From: Octopus sinensis
Lineage: Eukaryota
Assembly (NCBI RefSeq): GCF_006345805.1
Contig: NC_043005.1
Coordinates: forward strand, 62,124,001 to 62,188,000
Direction of reading: 5' to 3'
DNA: 64,000 nt
Shown: one piece after another, positions 11,627 to 24,571 of the stretch
Layout: each line of letters begins with the position of its first letter
How positions within the stretch are numbered: position 1 is the first letter of the stretch
Notes under the pieces: generated by a model
Seen by the model: the letters and a program-made list of their open reading frames with translations, nothing else
What the model was told of the DNA's origin: nothing
The model's database searches: none
Program-made: the position numbers and the translations under genes

Positions 11627-12177
11627 ATATTATGGCTGCCCCCTCGTTATCGAGTATGGCCATTGCACGAAGCTTAACAGTTACTGGTGCTGTGATCAAA
11701 TGTGACTTTTTAGCCCAGCTAAAGATCTACAATGTCTTGTACAAAATTGGCAACTAAAACCTTTACTGGTAATAGCCGGCTGTAGTTGTAACTGGGCTTC
11801 ATGTACCTTTGCATGTCGTTTAAGTCCTCCTGCCGAATTACACTCTCTTCCACATGCCTGACAGATATGATTAGTATGGGGTGTTACACCACCACCAGTG
11901 GCCAGGTTGTCACTCATCTGTCTCATTTTATGACTACGAAGATGACTCATGAGTCCAGCTTTACTGAGGCAGGGTCTTGCACAGACATTGCATGTCAGAA
12001 TCAAAGGAAGATCCTTCCCTTCTGGAAGTGTAACAGCGATGCCTTTCCTGACATCCCTCCTTACTTTCTCATGTGCAACTTGAGATTTCTCAAACGTAGC
12101 TGTCCCCTCATGCACAATCCTTCTCCACCTGCTACGATCAACAGCTATGCCTTCCCATGTGTCAGGAGAGATGCAAG
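11627..12177 (-). mobile_element. 3' end of RTE/BovB-like LINE with C2H2 fingers (copy 2, from the tandem duplication)
   Basis: Same sequence as 10300-10850, shifted by 1327. Confidence 0.7.
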
Positions 12178-13605
12178 CATCTCTTTATTTATATACATAC
12201 ATGTATACAAACATATATATTCTATTATTATCCTATTTCTAATATGTTCATTGCATTGTATCTTTATTGTGAGTTTATGGTGGTTTTGGAGCATTGGCTC
12301 TGATTTTAGCAAGTGGTACTATATATCCCACTAATTCTAAATTTGTATTATATTGTATCTGTAACAGTGTGGACTTGCTGCCCACCTTATTATTACCTTA
12401 TTAATACCATTAATAACAGTAATAATACATCTTTATTTAGAATTTATTCTTGCTCATGATAGTTTTCTTTTAAACAGTGGGATATTTAAAGTAAGGAACA
12501 CCTGAGCTAATGTAGTGAATATTTTAGAAATAGATGTTAAAATGTTATTTTCAACTCAAGATCCCAGAGTATGTTGGTCGTGCAGAGGGTGAAATCAATT
12601 GGTATTGAAATATACATTACTTTCTGATGTATTCAACGCAAATGTAAGCCTGTTTCTAATATGTTCGTTGCATTGATTATGTGTATCTTTATTGCGAGTT
12701 TATGGTGGTTTGGGAGCATTGGCTCTGATTGCAGTAAGTGGTATTATATATACCCTACTGAGTCTATGTATATATGCGTATATACACATCTGTACATGTA
12801 TACATACATACATATACACACATATTCATTCATACATATGTACATACACACACACACATATATATATATATATATTTATATAATTATAAATTTTCTATAG
12901 AAAAGCATAGAAAGCATGGAAGTGCTTGAGTCAAATATATATACAAATGTGCATGCATATACATTCACACATATACTCACATGTATACACATATATATAA
13001 GCGTACACATATATTACACATTAAGTACATATATATATATATATATGTACATACATATGCATACGAGAAGAATTCAGCTGTTAATATCCAGGTTATAGAT
13101 TTTCATTTGTACTGTTTGTACCTATTACCATGTGTGCACTAAGCAATGTGCCAGTAGATCTGCATCGTAATTTAGAAATACTGTTGTTTTCCACAAAACA
13201 ACAGAGCAAACTAATCCACTTTCTCCAAATACTATTGAGTAGAGGTATAAAGAAAATCTGCAAAACATTCCAGGGATTTAGGGCTGAACACATACACAAT
13301 TATATAAACATGGAATTTATACGTACTAACACTTGTTTAGTAATGGAAGATACACATACATAACATGAATGCAAATTTATCCATGCACACATGTATTGCA
13401 CATGTATGTACAATGCATATGTGCATGGATAACTATAGAAACCATGCCAAAGTGAATTAGACATTGAAGCATGATGATGTAGTCCTTTAAACTATCAGAA
13501 AATCCTGTTAAACTCTCTGACCCATGCCAGTGTGGAACATGGATGATGATAATGATAATTATATATACATGTGTGTGTGTGTGTGTGGCATGTGCGTGTA
13601 TGTAA

Positions 13606-13963
13606 CTTTTACTTGTTTCAGCCATCAACCTGTGGCCATGTTGGGGCACTGCTTTGAAAAATTTTTAGTTGAATGAATCAACCCCAGTATTATTTTTTTT
13701 TGTAGCCTGGTACTTGATCCATTGATTTCTTTTGCTGAACCACTAAGTTATGGGAACGGCAGTTGTTAAGTGGCAGTGAGAGACACACACACACATTACA
13801 TATATACGATGAGCTTCTTTCAGTTTCTGTCTACCAAATCCACTCACAAGGCTTTGGTTGGCCCAAGGTTATAAAAGAAGAAACTTGCCCAAGTTGTCAC
13901 ACAGTGGGACTGAACCTGGAACCATGTAGTTGGGAATCAAGCTTCTTGCCACACCCGCACCTG
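13606..13963 (-). mobile_element. SINE family A copy
   Basis: Reverse complement of the family A head (caggtgcgggtgtggcaagaagcttg...ggttcagtccc) and 3' half. Confidence 0.8.
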
Positions 13964-13987
13964 TATGTATGTATGTATGTATGTATG

Positions 13988-14026
<39 letters not shown>

Positions 14027-15346
14027 TCATCATCATTTTATGTCTGTTGTCCATGCTGGCATGGGTTGGACAGTTTGACCAGGGCTGGTAGAGTGAGGGG
14101 CTGCACCAGACTCCAGTCGGATTTGACATATTTACAGATATTTTGTCTGATGGTCATTGACTGTTCATGAGTTCCTCTGCCCTTTGATGGGTCTTATTTT
14201 TCATCCCGCAGGGTGTGCAACAACACCCTCCTCACCAAGCAAGCCTGGTAGTGTTGGCAGTTTAGTCACCAATGACTCAACCATGTAACAAGTTGTACTG
14301 GATTACATGTTATCAGTATATATATATATAGTTGGATGTTATGTATGCATAAAAAATGTACATGCATATGTGTGTGCTTGAGAGTGTAAATCTCTGGCCT
14401 AGTAGATTAGTGAACAACCAACTCAGAGATTTGCAATTCATTCACGTCATTAGTATTCCATCATAGCTTCAAACAAAACATAAATCTTTCAATACCTAAG
14501 ATCAATTATCAATAAATCGTTGATTAGCCCCAGGTCAACTCTGATTGAGCAGACTTGTAACCAAAAGCATACCATCTGTGACTATTGAGTTTATTTTCTT
14601 TCAAACACCATGTGTCATGTATTGAGAATCACATTATTCAGAATGTGTTTCCTCTTTTTTTAAAGTAGAAATTAGTATTATAGTAGAACATTGTGATAGC
14701 TCTTGACGTAATTCCCTGTGTTGTATAAACCACCCAAAGCATATTTTTCAGTAAACTTACAGAAATACATCATTAGAAATATCTTTTTGTTAATACTGTT
14801 GGTATTTAGTGATAATTTATTTGATATTTGTTGACTTTATCAGCCTTTAAAAGCAGTGTTAACACATTGATATGTTTTCTTCTCTACTTTGCTTTTCATG
14901 TCTCACTATATACATATACACAGTCACATGCTTGCTCATGTTCACATACCTACATACTCTTTCATGCCCACACAGTTACACACACTTTTGCATTTATACA
15001 AATAAAACAAAGGCTTCAATGTAAATGTTGTTCTATAGTAGCGAAGCTTGAGCAAAAACAGAAACACCAGCAGAGGAGATAAATGCTGGATATTGTTTTC
15101 TTATACAATTTGCATTTGGATTTTGTTTCCATCAAAGAATTAACAATGAATAGTTTAGTGCAAAAGTGCAGACTTTCTCAGCTGATAACATTTTACATTC
15201 TTAAAGAATATTTTTCATTGGACATGATCTGAGAAAACCAAGTATATACCACTGGCCACTATTTTGATTCAAATAGAGTTACAGAGCCTTGCTATGTTTT
15301 GGAGAATCTTTGTGGAAGACTTAAACTTCACAAGTTAATAATGATC

Positions 15347-16132
15347 TAGTTAGTTAGTTAATTTTTTGGCTCAAAAAGCAAAAAGCAAGGCCATGTAGGG
15401 GGACATGGAGTTATGTACGGGGTCGTGTTCATGTAAATAGTTCAGGCCACTTGAGGTCAAGGGAGACTTTGAACCGAGCGGTTGTCGGCATCTTCACCAT
15501 CTCGTCTGGCAGCTTATTCCACGGATCCGCAACCCGGACGGAGAAAGCCCCTCGCAGATAGAGCTTTTCAGAATGACCCCGCAGCCGACGCTCTGGAGCA
15601 GGAGTGAAGAACAGCTCTTTCGAGAGGTTACACTTTCCGCTTATGATGTTGTGAGCAAGAATGAGATCTCCACGGCGGCGTTTGTCTAGAGAATAAAGGT
15701 CGAGCGTCTTCAGCCTTTCTTCATAAGACAAATTCTTGAGACCAAGAACCATGCGGGTAGCCAGCTTCTGGACTCTTTCGAGATGCTGTATGTCTTTGAG
15801 AAGATAAAGAGAAGAGGCTTGAATCCCGTACTCCAATATGGGTCTCACCAGCGTGACATAGAGTGGTAGGAATATGGCTGCTGTGAGCATTCCGAATGAC
15901 CGTCGAATTAAGAAAAGAATTCCGCATGCTTTGTTGGCAGCATGGACGCACTGGGCCAAAGGCAAAAAGGAGGAATCCACCAAGATACCCAGGTCCTTTA
16001 CCTGATTGGTCCTCTCCAGCAGCAGACGACCCGGCTTGAAATCAAGTTGAGTTGCAGGAGGAGAGCCAACAGGCAGATGACAGCACTTTGACACATTGAG
16101 ACACAGGTCCCATTCGTTAGACCATCTCCAAG
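15347..16132 (-). mobile_element. 5'-truncated CR1/L2-clade LINE, 3' end of RT, with (AACT)n tail
   Basis: ORF 15429..16190 contains WDLCLNVSKC, VKDLGILVDS, LYVTLVRPILEY, LERVQKLATRMV, RRRGDLIL, FSVRVADPWNKLP, the typical CR1 C-terminus. Tail ctagttagttagttaa on +. GC-rich and CpG-retaining, so relatively young. Confidence 0.9.
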
Positions 16133-16347
16133 TTAGATATATGATATCAAATTTGATGAAGCTGTTGATCTTAATATGGATAGGAACCAATGGAATGGCC
16201 AGTATTGAATAGTAATATCTTTTACTTTTATAACTACCTCTTATAGAAACAGAATGTGCTCAAGGAAAAAACGATTACAAATACATGCACACTTACTTAC
16301 ATGCCTACATATAAACTGTTTTTTAATATTCGGCCACATTAATGTGT

Positions 16348-16502
16348 TGAGCTGGCAGAATTGTTAATATGTCAGGCAAAATACTTAGCAACATTTTGTC
16401 TGTCTTTGCATTCTGAGTTCAAATCCTGCTGAGGTTGACTAAGCCTTTGATCCTTTCGAAGTTGATAAAATAAGTACCAGTTGACTCATCCCTTCTCCTG
16501 AA
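16348..16502 (+). mobile_element. SINE family B copy about 110 nt from the 16611 donor
   Basis: gagctggcagaattgtta...ttctgagttcaaat...gttgataaaataagtaccagttg, shared with copies at 24572, 34680, 39756 and 52229. Confidence 0.75.
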
Positions 16503-16610
16503 CTTATTTGAAATAAATATTCAGCCATGTTTTTTCATTACACTGCTATGATATAAGAACATGCTTTCTTAAGTGAACAAATTAATACAAAGAGCATTAT
16601 TGTTTCTTAC

Positions 16611-16691
16611 ATGGCACAACTTCTTGGAATCGCTCAGTATTACTCGCCATCAAACGCCTCTTCAGTTCATTTCTCCCAACGCCATGCGAAC
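16611..16691 (-). CDS. MPP7: Coding exon of MAGUK gene, GuK P-loop region: (G)SHGVGRNELKRRLMASNTERFQEVVP(Y)
   Basis: ttgattccacag|GTTCGCATGGCGTTGGG...GTGCCAT|gtaaga. 81 nt, phase 1 to phase 1. GxxGVGRNELKRRL is typical of MPP7/metro-type GuK domains. Confidence 0.93.
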
Positions 16692-17691
16692 CTGTGGAAT
16701 CAAAGGTGAAACATATAGATAATTGTTGGAGTAAATGTTTGGTAAATAAGGAACAAATTCAAAACAGAAATTATACATTTCAGAAATTCCCTTTTGAATA
16801 ATTAAAAGTGTATATTAAACTTCAGATTGAAGTTATCTTATGGGGCCTAATTTATGCACTTAATACTAGGTGAAGCAAAATTAGTTTGAATTAAGAGTGC
16901 CAGGCAGCTATAAGATAGTTTGTTATCTACCTGACTTAGTATATGATGACATTCAGAATTACTGCTATTAATGTATCATAGAAAAATATATATATAATTC
17001 AGGCTGCAAGTCAATTCCTTAACAGAATACAACTATCTGAATGTAATCATTCAAATCTAACTACAGACAGCAGTAAATACCAACTGAAAGGAGAAACATC
17101 TTGCACAGATTAGTATATCTTGCCAAAAGCTGTCATATTTGGCTTGAATTGTAAGTTGAAGTTTATAGGAATATATACCTTTTCGAATACCATTTCCTGG
17201 AAGTAGTCAACAATAAATGTGATGAGTAACGCATTTTTCTAGATAGAATGACTACGACAGATTAATGTTATGTACTGAAGTAAGCATATACAATAGGTTT
17301 TCTATCTATTATGTTGCTGACCAAACATTGCAGCACATGAACTACTCTGTCAACATACTTCTGCTAGAGAGCCTTTTGTTAGCTATAGCAGTTGAATGTT
17401 TCTTAAATTATGTCTTACTATCATATTCTTTTTTTTGAAAAAGGATACATTATATAATGTAATCTGGGATAAATTATGAATGACTGTAAAGGCTTGACTA
17501 TCTTTCACTGTAAAGTTGCCCATTCAAGGCTGACTGAGCACAAGATAAGCAACAGTAGTTTCTACAGCATTTTGTCATATGGTTGTGTTAGAACTTTTGC
17601 ATTATTTTACTCTTCGGCCTTAGAGTAAGAAACACAGACCAAACAAACAAAAAAAAAAAAAAAATCCGTTATCCATCATAAAATTACTTGC

Positions 17692-17778
17692 CTACTAAAA
17701 CAACTGGTCGTGGGAATTCTGGCTTTGGATGATATAATTGAACTTCTTCATAGGTGATAATTTCTTCCGAATCATAAA
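17692..17778 (-). CDS. MPP7: Coding exon of MAGUK gene, end of HOOK and start of GuK: (V)YDSEEIITYEEVQLYHPKPEFPRPVVLV(G)
   Basis: attttctgttacag|TTTATGATTCGGAA...TTAGTAG|gcaagt. 87 nt, phase 1 to phase 1. TYEEV and RPVVLVG motifs. The donor is GC. Confidence 0.93.
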
Positions 17779-18259
17779 CTGTAACAGAAAATAGAATGTA
17801 ATTGTAATAGAGAATGGGATACAACTGTAATAGAAAGTACAATATAATTTGCCATTGAGAATAGAACATCGTTGTCAAAGATAATAGAACAAAATTGTAC
17901 TTTATTTGCTACAAATGAGACTAAATTTCTAAAACACAACTACAGTGCTGACCTTTCAGTAGAAATCCGAAAGCTGTAGTTTTTTTTAAAGATTTACAAT
18001 TCTTTTCTACTGTTCACCCTTCTTCTCTTCATTCTAGTTATCACTCTCTTTAATGACTCTTCTCTGCTGTCAAAGTGTTTATGAGTGTGTGAAACTATCC
18101 TAAATAATACTTTTAGTTTTGGTAAGAAACTTAGCATTGTACTCCTGTCTGCAACTGTTCATCCCTAAAACAACAATGATCTCCTTAAATTTCAATCTGA
18201 ATAACGGAAGTGTTACAATAAGCCTTACTTTTATCTTTATGTTGTTTATTAAGAAGAGG

Positions 18260-18359
18260 ATACATAAATACATACATACATACATACATATATATATACA
18301 TATATATATACATACATACATACATATATATACATACATACATACATACATATATATAC

Positions 18360-18408
<49 letters not shown>

Positions 18409-18530
18409 CATATTGTTATACGTATATATATATATATATATATTTACATACATATTATACATATATATTATTATATATATATCATCTATATATACATACA
18501 TGCATACATATTACACACACACATACACAA
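18260..18530. repeat. Compound (TACA)n/(TA)n microsatellite
   Basis: Read directly. It produces the spurious Y/I/H-rich ORFs. Confidence 0.95.
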
Positions 18531-18699
18531 AACGGATTATATCTAATTATATTTCTGTTGCAAAATAGTAAGTCAGCATATTTAGAATGGTAATGGTAAT
18601 AATTATAGAATAAGCAGGATGAAAAGAAAACTTCGGTTTTGTGCTATTAGTTTATCAGACTAGACCAGTGTTTCTCAACCAGGACTCCCTGGAACCCTT

Positions 18700-18863
18700 G
18701 AAGGATTTTAGTCAAAAAAATTGCCCCAGGACTTTTTTTTTAAGCCTAGTACCTATTCTATTGATCTTTTTTGCTGAACCACTAGGTTACAGTGACACCA
18801 ACACCAGTTGTCAAGCGGTAATGGGGGGAACAAACTGACAAAGACACATACATAGCTATATAC

Positions 18864-18924
<61 letters not shown>

Positions 18925-19506
18925 TAAATTAATAAATAAAACATATGCATATATACATACGCATATGTATGTACCTACCTCTACATGTATATATACATGC
19001 ATATATGGGTACAGGACACCAAAAAAATCGTCGAACCCAATGAGAAACGAAAACATAAACACAAAACCAAGGAACTGGACATTTTTCTTAAACAATGAAA
19101 AAATAGAGTACAGGACAAATAACACAAGGAAAATTCCCCTTCTTCAGTCGCCATGGTTTCATCTACTCTACATTTCGAAGGTGAAGGTGATACACATCTT
19201 CGATAGAAACTTTCCTTCCCGCGATAAGCAAATTAAATAAAATTTGAGATCTTTTTGCGGAGGGGTAAAAATGGTAACAAAAACAGGACAGTAACGACAG
19301 TACAAAATATAAACAGTAAAAGACAGGACAAGGAGAGCATATACAATGGGCTTCCTTCAGTTTCTGTCTACCAGATCCACTCACAAGGATTAGGTCGGTC
19401 TGAGGCTATAGAAGAAGACACTTGCCCAAGGTACCACGCAGTGGGACTGAATCCAGAACCATGTTGCTGGGAAGCAAGCTGCTTACCACACAGCCACACC
19501 GGTGCC
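18700..19506 (-). mobile_element. SINE family A split by insertion of the unclassified repeat (about 19000-19338) into its internal microsatellite
   Basis: The SINE 3' half lies at about 18700-18850 and the 5' half at about 19341-19506. Between them are a TA/TACA tract and the atatgggtacaggacacc repeat. Confidence 0.7.
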
Positions 19507-20980
19507 TATTTATTCTTAACACATCTTGGCAGGTACATACATAAAATATTCTGGATGCTGTAGTGTATACCATAGGAGAATAGCTTTTTCCTTCCATGAC
19601 TGCAGTTTGTTCAACACACCCATTGTGCATGGCATTGTGGGACACTGGTGTTTCAACATGAGTCTCATCAGCCAGAAGTAACTGGAATTCTGAGACTAGC
19701 CAAAGCTGCTGGCTTGGTTTTAGGCTTCCAACAAACAGAATTGTTTGCTATGCATCAATGAGATGAGTGTGTTGAATACACTGTTGTTTAAAAGGGAGAA
19801 GTTATTCTCTTAAGACATACTCTACAGCAACCAGCGTATTTTGTATCTGTATCTACTGAGATATGCTAAGATTATAAATGCAAATATCCATTCCAAGTTT
19901 CAAATAGATTGGAGATAACTGGTGAAAGTGTGATTTGGTAGTAGTTCATAGTTGTCTCTTGCAAAAGATATATATTGCAGTTCAAATCTTAATTAGATTC
20001 AGTCCTTGAAAATCTTATCTATTTCTTCATAACTGAAATAATTATTACAGGGTCAATAGCAAAATATGATTTCATATCATGTTAAAAGAAAAAGTAGATC
20101 TTAGTTACAGCTTCTGTTAGAATCCAAGATATATGCTAGTGAGGTTGGCATGTAAATAAAGTTATTCAGTGGATAAACATTGTGTTTAGTTTACATGAAA
20201 CATAATCCAGTAAATATTCTCTGTATACTTCAGATATTTCATTCTACTAAACTTAACGTAGAATATTTATAGAAATATTTCTGTTTAGCAACTTTTCTCT
20301 TTAGTCTTACAGCCACATATCAACACTAAATAAATAAAGTATTTCCCATGCAACACATTAATACTTCGTCTCCTCTCTTTCCTGTGTCTCCATAGTTATG
20401 ACAATATATCAACTTGTCTATCACTAGGAAATTCCTACAGAATGCACAACTGTATGGTTTTATTGAAATAATTCACCTGGTGACTAACTGTTGTACATAA
20501 TCCTATATTTCTTTCTCTCTCTCTCTAATACATTAGAAATGGCGTAATCGCACAATACAGTAAATAAAGAAATGAATGAAATAACAAATAAAGCAAGCAG
20601 CACATTTGATATGGCATCACCATTTAAAATTTGCTAAACAGATATTCTAATATTTATTAATGGAAGAATCTCATGAATTATGTATTAAATGTGTTTTTTG
20701 TTTTTTTTTAAATAATAGCAAATAATTTCCAAACCACTAAAAGACATACAGAGATGATGTTCAATTCTATTTTCTGTGTTTTAAGTAGATGAATGATAAA
20801 TCTACTGATATAGTGAGACCGAGAGAATATGCTGAATTGATCTCAAGAAGTTTGCTTTGTAACCACATGGTTCTGAGTTCAGTCCCATTGCATGGTACTT
20901 GGGGCAAGTGCCTTCTACTATATTCTCGGACTAACCGAAGCCTTGTGAGTGGATTTGATAGACAGAAACAGAAAGAAATC

Positions 20981-21025
<45 letters not shown>

Positions 21026-21856
21026 CATGCACATACATGAGTAAGTACATAAATACAAAACAAGGTTGGAAAATAGTACTTGAATACTGATGGTAGAGTA
21101 GTATACTTTTTTTTTATTAAAGCTGAAAAACTATCACAAAACAAAACAGTGAATCAGTTTCACATTCCTGTTCATTGGACAGTTGTGATCACATGATTCC
21201 AGTCTTGATCACAACTATCCGACAAACAATAATGTGAAGCTCTGAGTCAGTTCTTTGTGATGGTTTTCAGCTTTAATAAAAAAAAGTATATATATATAAA
21301 ATGGATGTTAAATGTTGATGATAGTGATGATGATGATGTGTGTGCGCGCGAGTGTGTGTGCGCGCGAGTGTGTGTGCGCGCGAGTGTGTGTGTGCCTATG
21401 TTTGTCCTTCATCCACTGCTTGACAACTGGTATTAGTGTGTTTACATTCTCATAACTTAGTGGTTTAGCAAAAGAGACCAATAGAATAAGAACCAGGCAG
21501 AAAGTAAGTACTGCGGTTGATTCGTTCAACTAAAGTTCTTTGAGGGGGTACCCCAGCATGGATAAGTAAAGAATAAAAGATATTTCACAATTAACATGCC
21601 TTGGGCAGCTAGAAATAATAGCCAAATTTCACTAGGTTACACCACTCCATCTTAAACAAGCAAGGCATAAGCAAAGTCAAGGGAAATCCTACATACAGCT
21701 CAACCTACTGCTACAAAAGATGAGATGTTCTGACCTGAGGATAGACAATAATTTCAGAGTTATGTGTAACATATTATGAGTAAGACCCATAAAGGCCCTA
21801 AGCACTCAAAAGATTTTGGTGGCCTCCATATATATGTAATTCAAAATATAAACAAT

Positions 21857-22208
21857 AGGCACAGGTGTGGCTGTGTGGTAAGTACCTTGCTTACCAACCA
21901 CATGGTTCTGGGTTCATTCGCACTGCGTGGCACCTTGGACAAGTGTCTTCTTCTATAGCCTGGATTTGGTAGATAGAAACTGAAAGAAGCCTGTCGTATA
22001 TATGTATATATATATATATATATATACACAGAGATGTATGTGTGTGTATATGTTTGTGTCTGTGTTTGTCCCCCCCAACATCGTTTGACAACTGATGCTG
22101 GTGTGTTTACGTCCCCGTAACTTGGCGGGTCGGCAAAAGAGACTGATAGATTTGCTCGACTAAAGGCGGTGCTCCAGCATGGCCGTAGTCAAATGACTGA
22201 AACAAGTG
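21857..22208 (+). mobile_element. SINE family A copy (young, internal deletions)
   Basis: Near-identical blocks to 3840-4226, e.g. gatgctggtgtgtttacgtccccgtaact and gatttgctcgactaaaggcggtgctccagcatggcc. Confidence 0.88.
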
Positions 22209-22874
22209 AATGAGTAATAAAGGAACTATAAGATTTTAGCTAGTTTAAAATGATTTCTTTTGTGCTGTAAACCATTTACTATTTCTGTGGTACCCCTCTT
22301 TCCTTGATGCAAGTGCTAGCAGTATTCTTTGGACTTAACTATTGATAACTCCATTCTTATACTGGAAAAAAGAAATATTCCAACTATGTTACTTTTTTCG
22401 TTTTATGACTTTACATCTTCAAAGAAGAGACTTATAGTTAGTTATGTTGCCATGAATACCACTTGTTATGCCAGCTCAGCTGTGCTTTATCACATGATTA
22501 GATAGAAGTATCCAAATGAATGCTTAGTACTAATTTGTCTGGGTAGCATGCTGGATATGCTATATGGTGTCTGTCTAGATATTAGTTTAGTGTTATTCAT
22601 ATTATATTCATTTTGCCGTGCAACCTGTCCATGTATGAACAGTGGTCTTCACAGTAGGAATGGATAACATAATTTTAATAATTTTAGTTCCATAGAATTC
22701 TGCAAGTGGTTAGCCACATAACAAAGAATCTTTGTATATTTAAGCAATTTATGATAGGGCATACTGTCTGCTGTTATAGTTAAGAAATTAATTTCATAAA
22801 CATGTGATCCTGAATGTGATCTTCTACACAATATTTTGAGCAAGTATATTCTACAAATAGCCTCCAGAAGCCCA

Positions 22875-22910
<36 letters not shown>

Positions 22911-22913
22911 ATA

Positions 22914-23780
22914 CAGGGCATGGTGAATATGTTGTTGTCTGTGTTACGCAATAATGAAAATAATACTAACATCTTATTTTAACAGATATATTTACCAAAA
23001 TTACATAAAAATATCTTGAAATACTAAAGAATAAATTTGTTCAATAAAATTGCCATTGGCTTTGACCATGGCCTCCAGACGACTTCAGAATCTCCTGCAA
23101 CTCTTCTGGATAGTCTCCTTGTTTAAGTTGGGGAATGCTACCATAATCCTTGCCTTCAGTTCTTCTTTGGTGTTACAAAGAGTTTTGTTGGTCTCCACAC
23201 ATAATAATCAAGGCAGTTGCAGTCTGGAGAGTTAGGTGGCCAGATGTTAGGGGTAATGTGGTTCAGAAATTGTCTGACAGCTATGGTTGGGTTCTCTTAC
23301 TTGTATGGCATGGTGCAGAGTACTGTGGCCAGACAGGGTTTTTCAGCAGCCACCCTCTTGACCCAGGGCAGCACTACCTCCTCCAAACACTTGATGTAGG
23401 CCTCTGTGTTGACTCCAAGGCTGTTTGAGAAGATGAATGGAGGCATAATGTCACCTTCACTAGTGATTACCCCAAACACCATGTTGACTGGATATTTGAT
23501 ATTTATCACTCTTAGTACATGTCTTGAGTACACAGTAAGCCAACGGTTGTTCTGTGTGTTCACCATCTGTTGGTATTGGAGCTTTCGGTACCAATGCCAA
23601 GCAATACAGCATGCCGTTTCCAAATTTCTGACAGAATGAATTGTGTCATAGTGCTGTTTTCTCACAGATGGTGCTCAACTGACCCTACTATACTGTTTAG
23701 CTGACAAAATCAAAAATAAAACAATGCACATGCGTGAAATTAAAAATATAAAATGGCAACAATTTACCCATTGCACCCAG
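22914..23780 (-). mobile_element. Internally deleted Tc1/mariner-superfamily DNA transposon with partial DDE transposase
   Basis: ORF 23297..23665 has MVFGVITSEGDIMPPFIF...NTEAYIKCLEEVVLPWVKRVA, and a frameshifted PNSPD-like segment follows. TA-flanked imperfect TIRs ta|cagggcatggtgaatatgttg ... caacaatttacccattgcacccag|ta. Confidence 0.8.
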
Positions 23781-24571
23781 TAAATATATATATATATATA
23801 TATATACCAACACAAATGCAATTCAATATATGTGTATATAATGTATGTATATGTGTATTTACATGTTTCATTTTGTGTTGAGTAAAAGTTAGGAAAATAT
23901 TTTTAATGGTGATTGCTGTTGTGAGGGTGGAGAAAGGGAGGGAAGGGACGATTTTCAAGGCTTTTAATTTTTTCTTGTTTTTAAAAATATTGCTTTTAAG
24001 TGTGTAGTGCAAAAACATTTTTTGGGAAAAATCCATCGTGAGGGCCCTTGGGAAGAGGAGGGAGTGGGAAAAAAAAGTCATTGATTTTCATAATGTTTTA
24101 TTACAAGCCCCCGCCCAATCAGTTTGAAGCATGTGATAAAAAAAATTTGAAAAATCCTTGTCTAAATACAGAAAATCCAATTTTTGACGAATTATATTCC
24201 AAAACTCCACTTGGATTTATGCTATAATGTAATCTATGAATGTGTCAATAAAATGCTATTGAAACCACTGTAATGAATTTTAAACCCCAATTGTGTTCTT
24301 ATATATATATATATATTATCTGCATTCCGTGCTAGCATGGGTTGAATTGGTCATCATAGTTCTAGTCAGCCTTACTTGGAGTTATCATTCTCCTAGATGG
24401 GTCAGAGGATCATGACACACTCCTACATTCTACTTTTTTTTTTTTTACTTCTATAACTGGATTCCCTTCCAAACTCTAGTAACTTTACAGAGTGTATACA
24501 GGAATATATATGTAGATGTGTGTGTATGTATGTGTGCATCTTTTATTGATGAACATTAATAAAAGATGTAG

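Larger units (their letters stand above)
10209..12874. repeat. Tandem duplication, two copies, 1327-bp period, junctions inside TA/CA microsatellites
   Basis: Identical ORFs offset by 1327 (10369 vs 11696; 10474 vs 11801; 11334 vs 12661). Confidence 0.95.

Noticed and set aside
11334-11757. Y/I/H/T-rich ORFs (also 18100-18568, 2120-2398, 20767-21144, 28140-28442)
   Set aside because: They are translations of TA/CA/TACA microsatellites, not genes.
14150-14318. RTE 5'-UTR-like segment considered as an HDV-like ribozyme (minus strand)
   Set aside because: P1-like and P3-like pairings are visible, but I could not place P2 or the double pseudoknot.
23870-24315. Possible Helitron-like non-autonomous element
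   Set aside because: No terminal hairpin, CTRR end or second copy could be confirmed.
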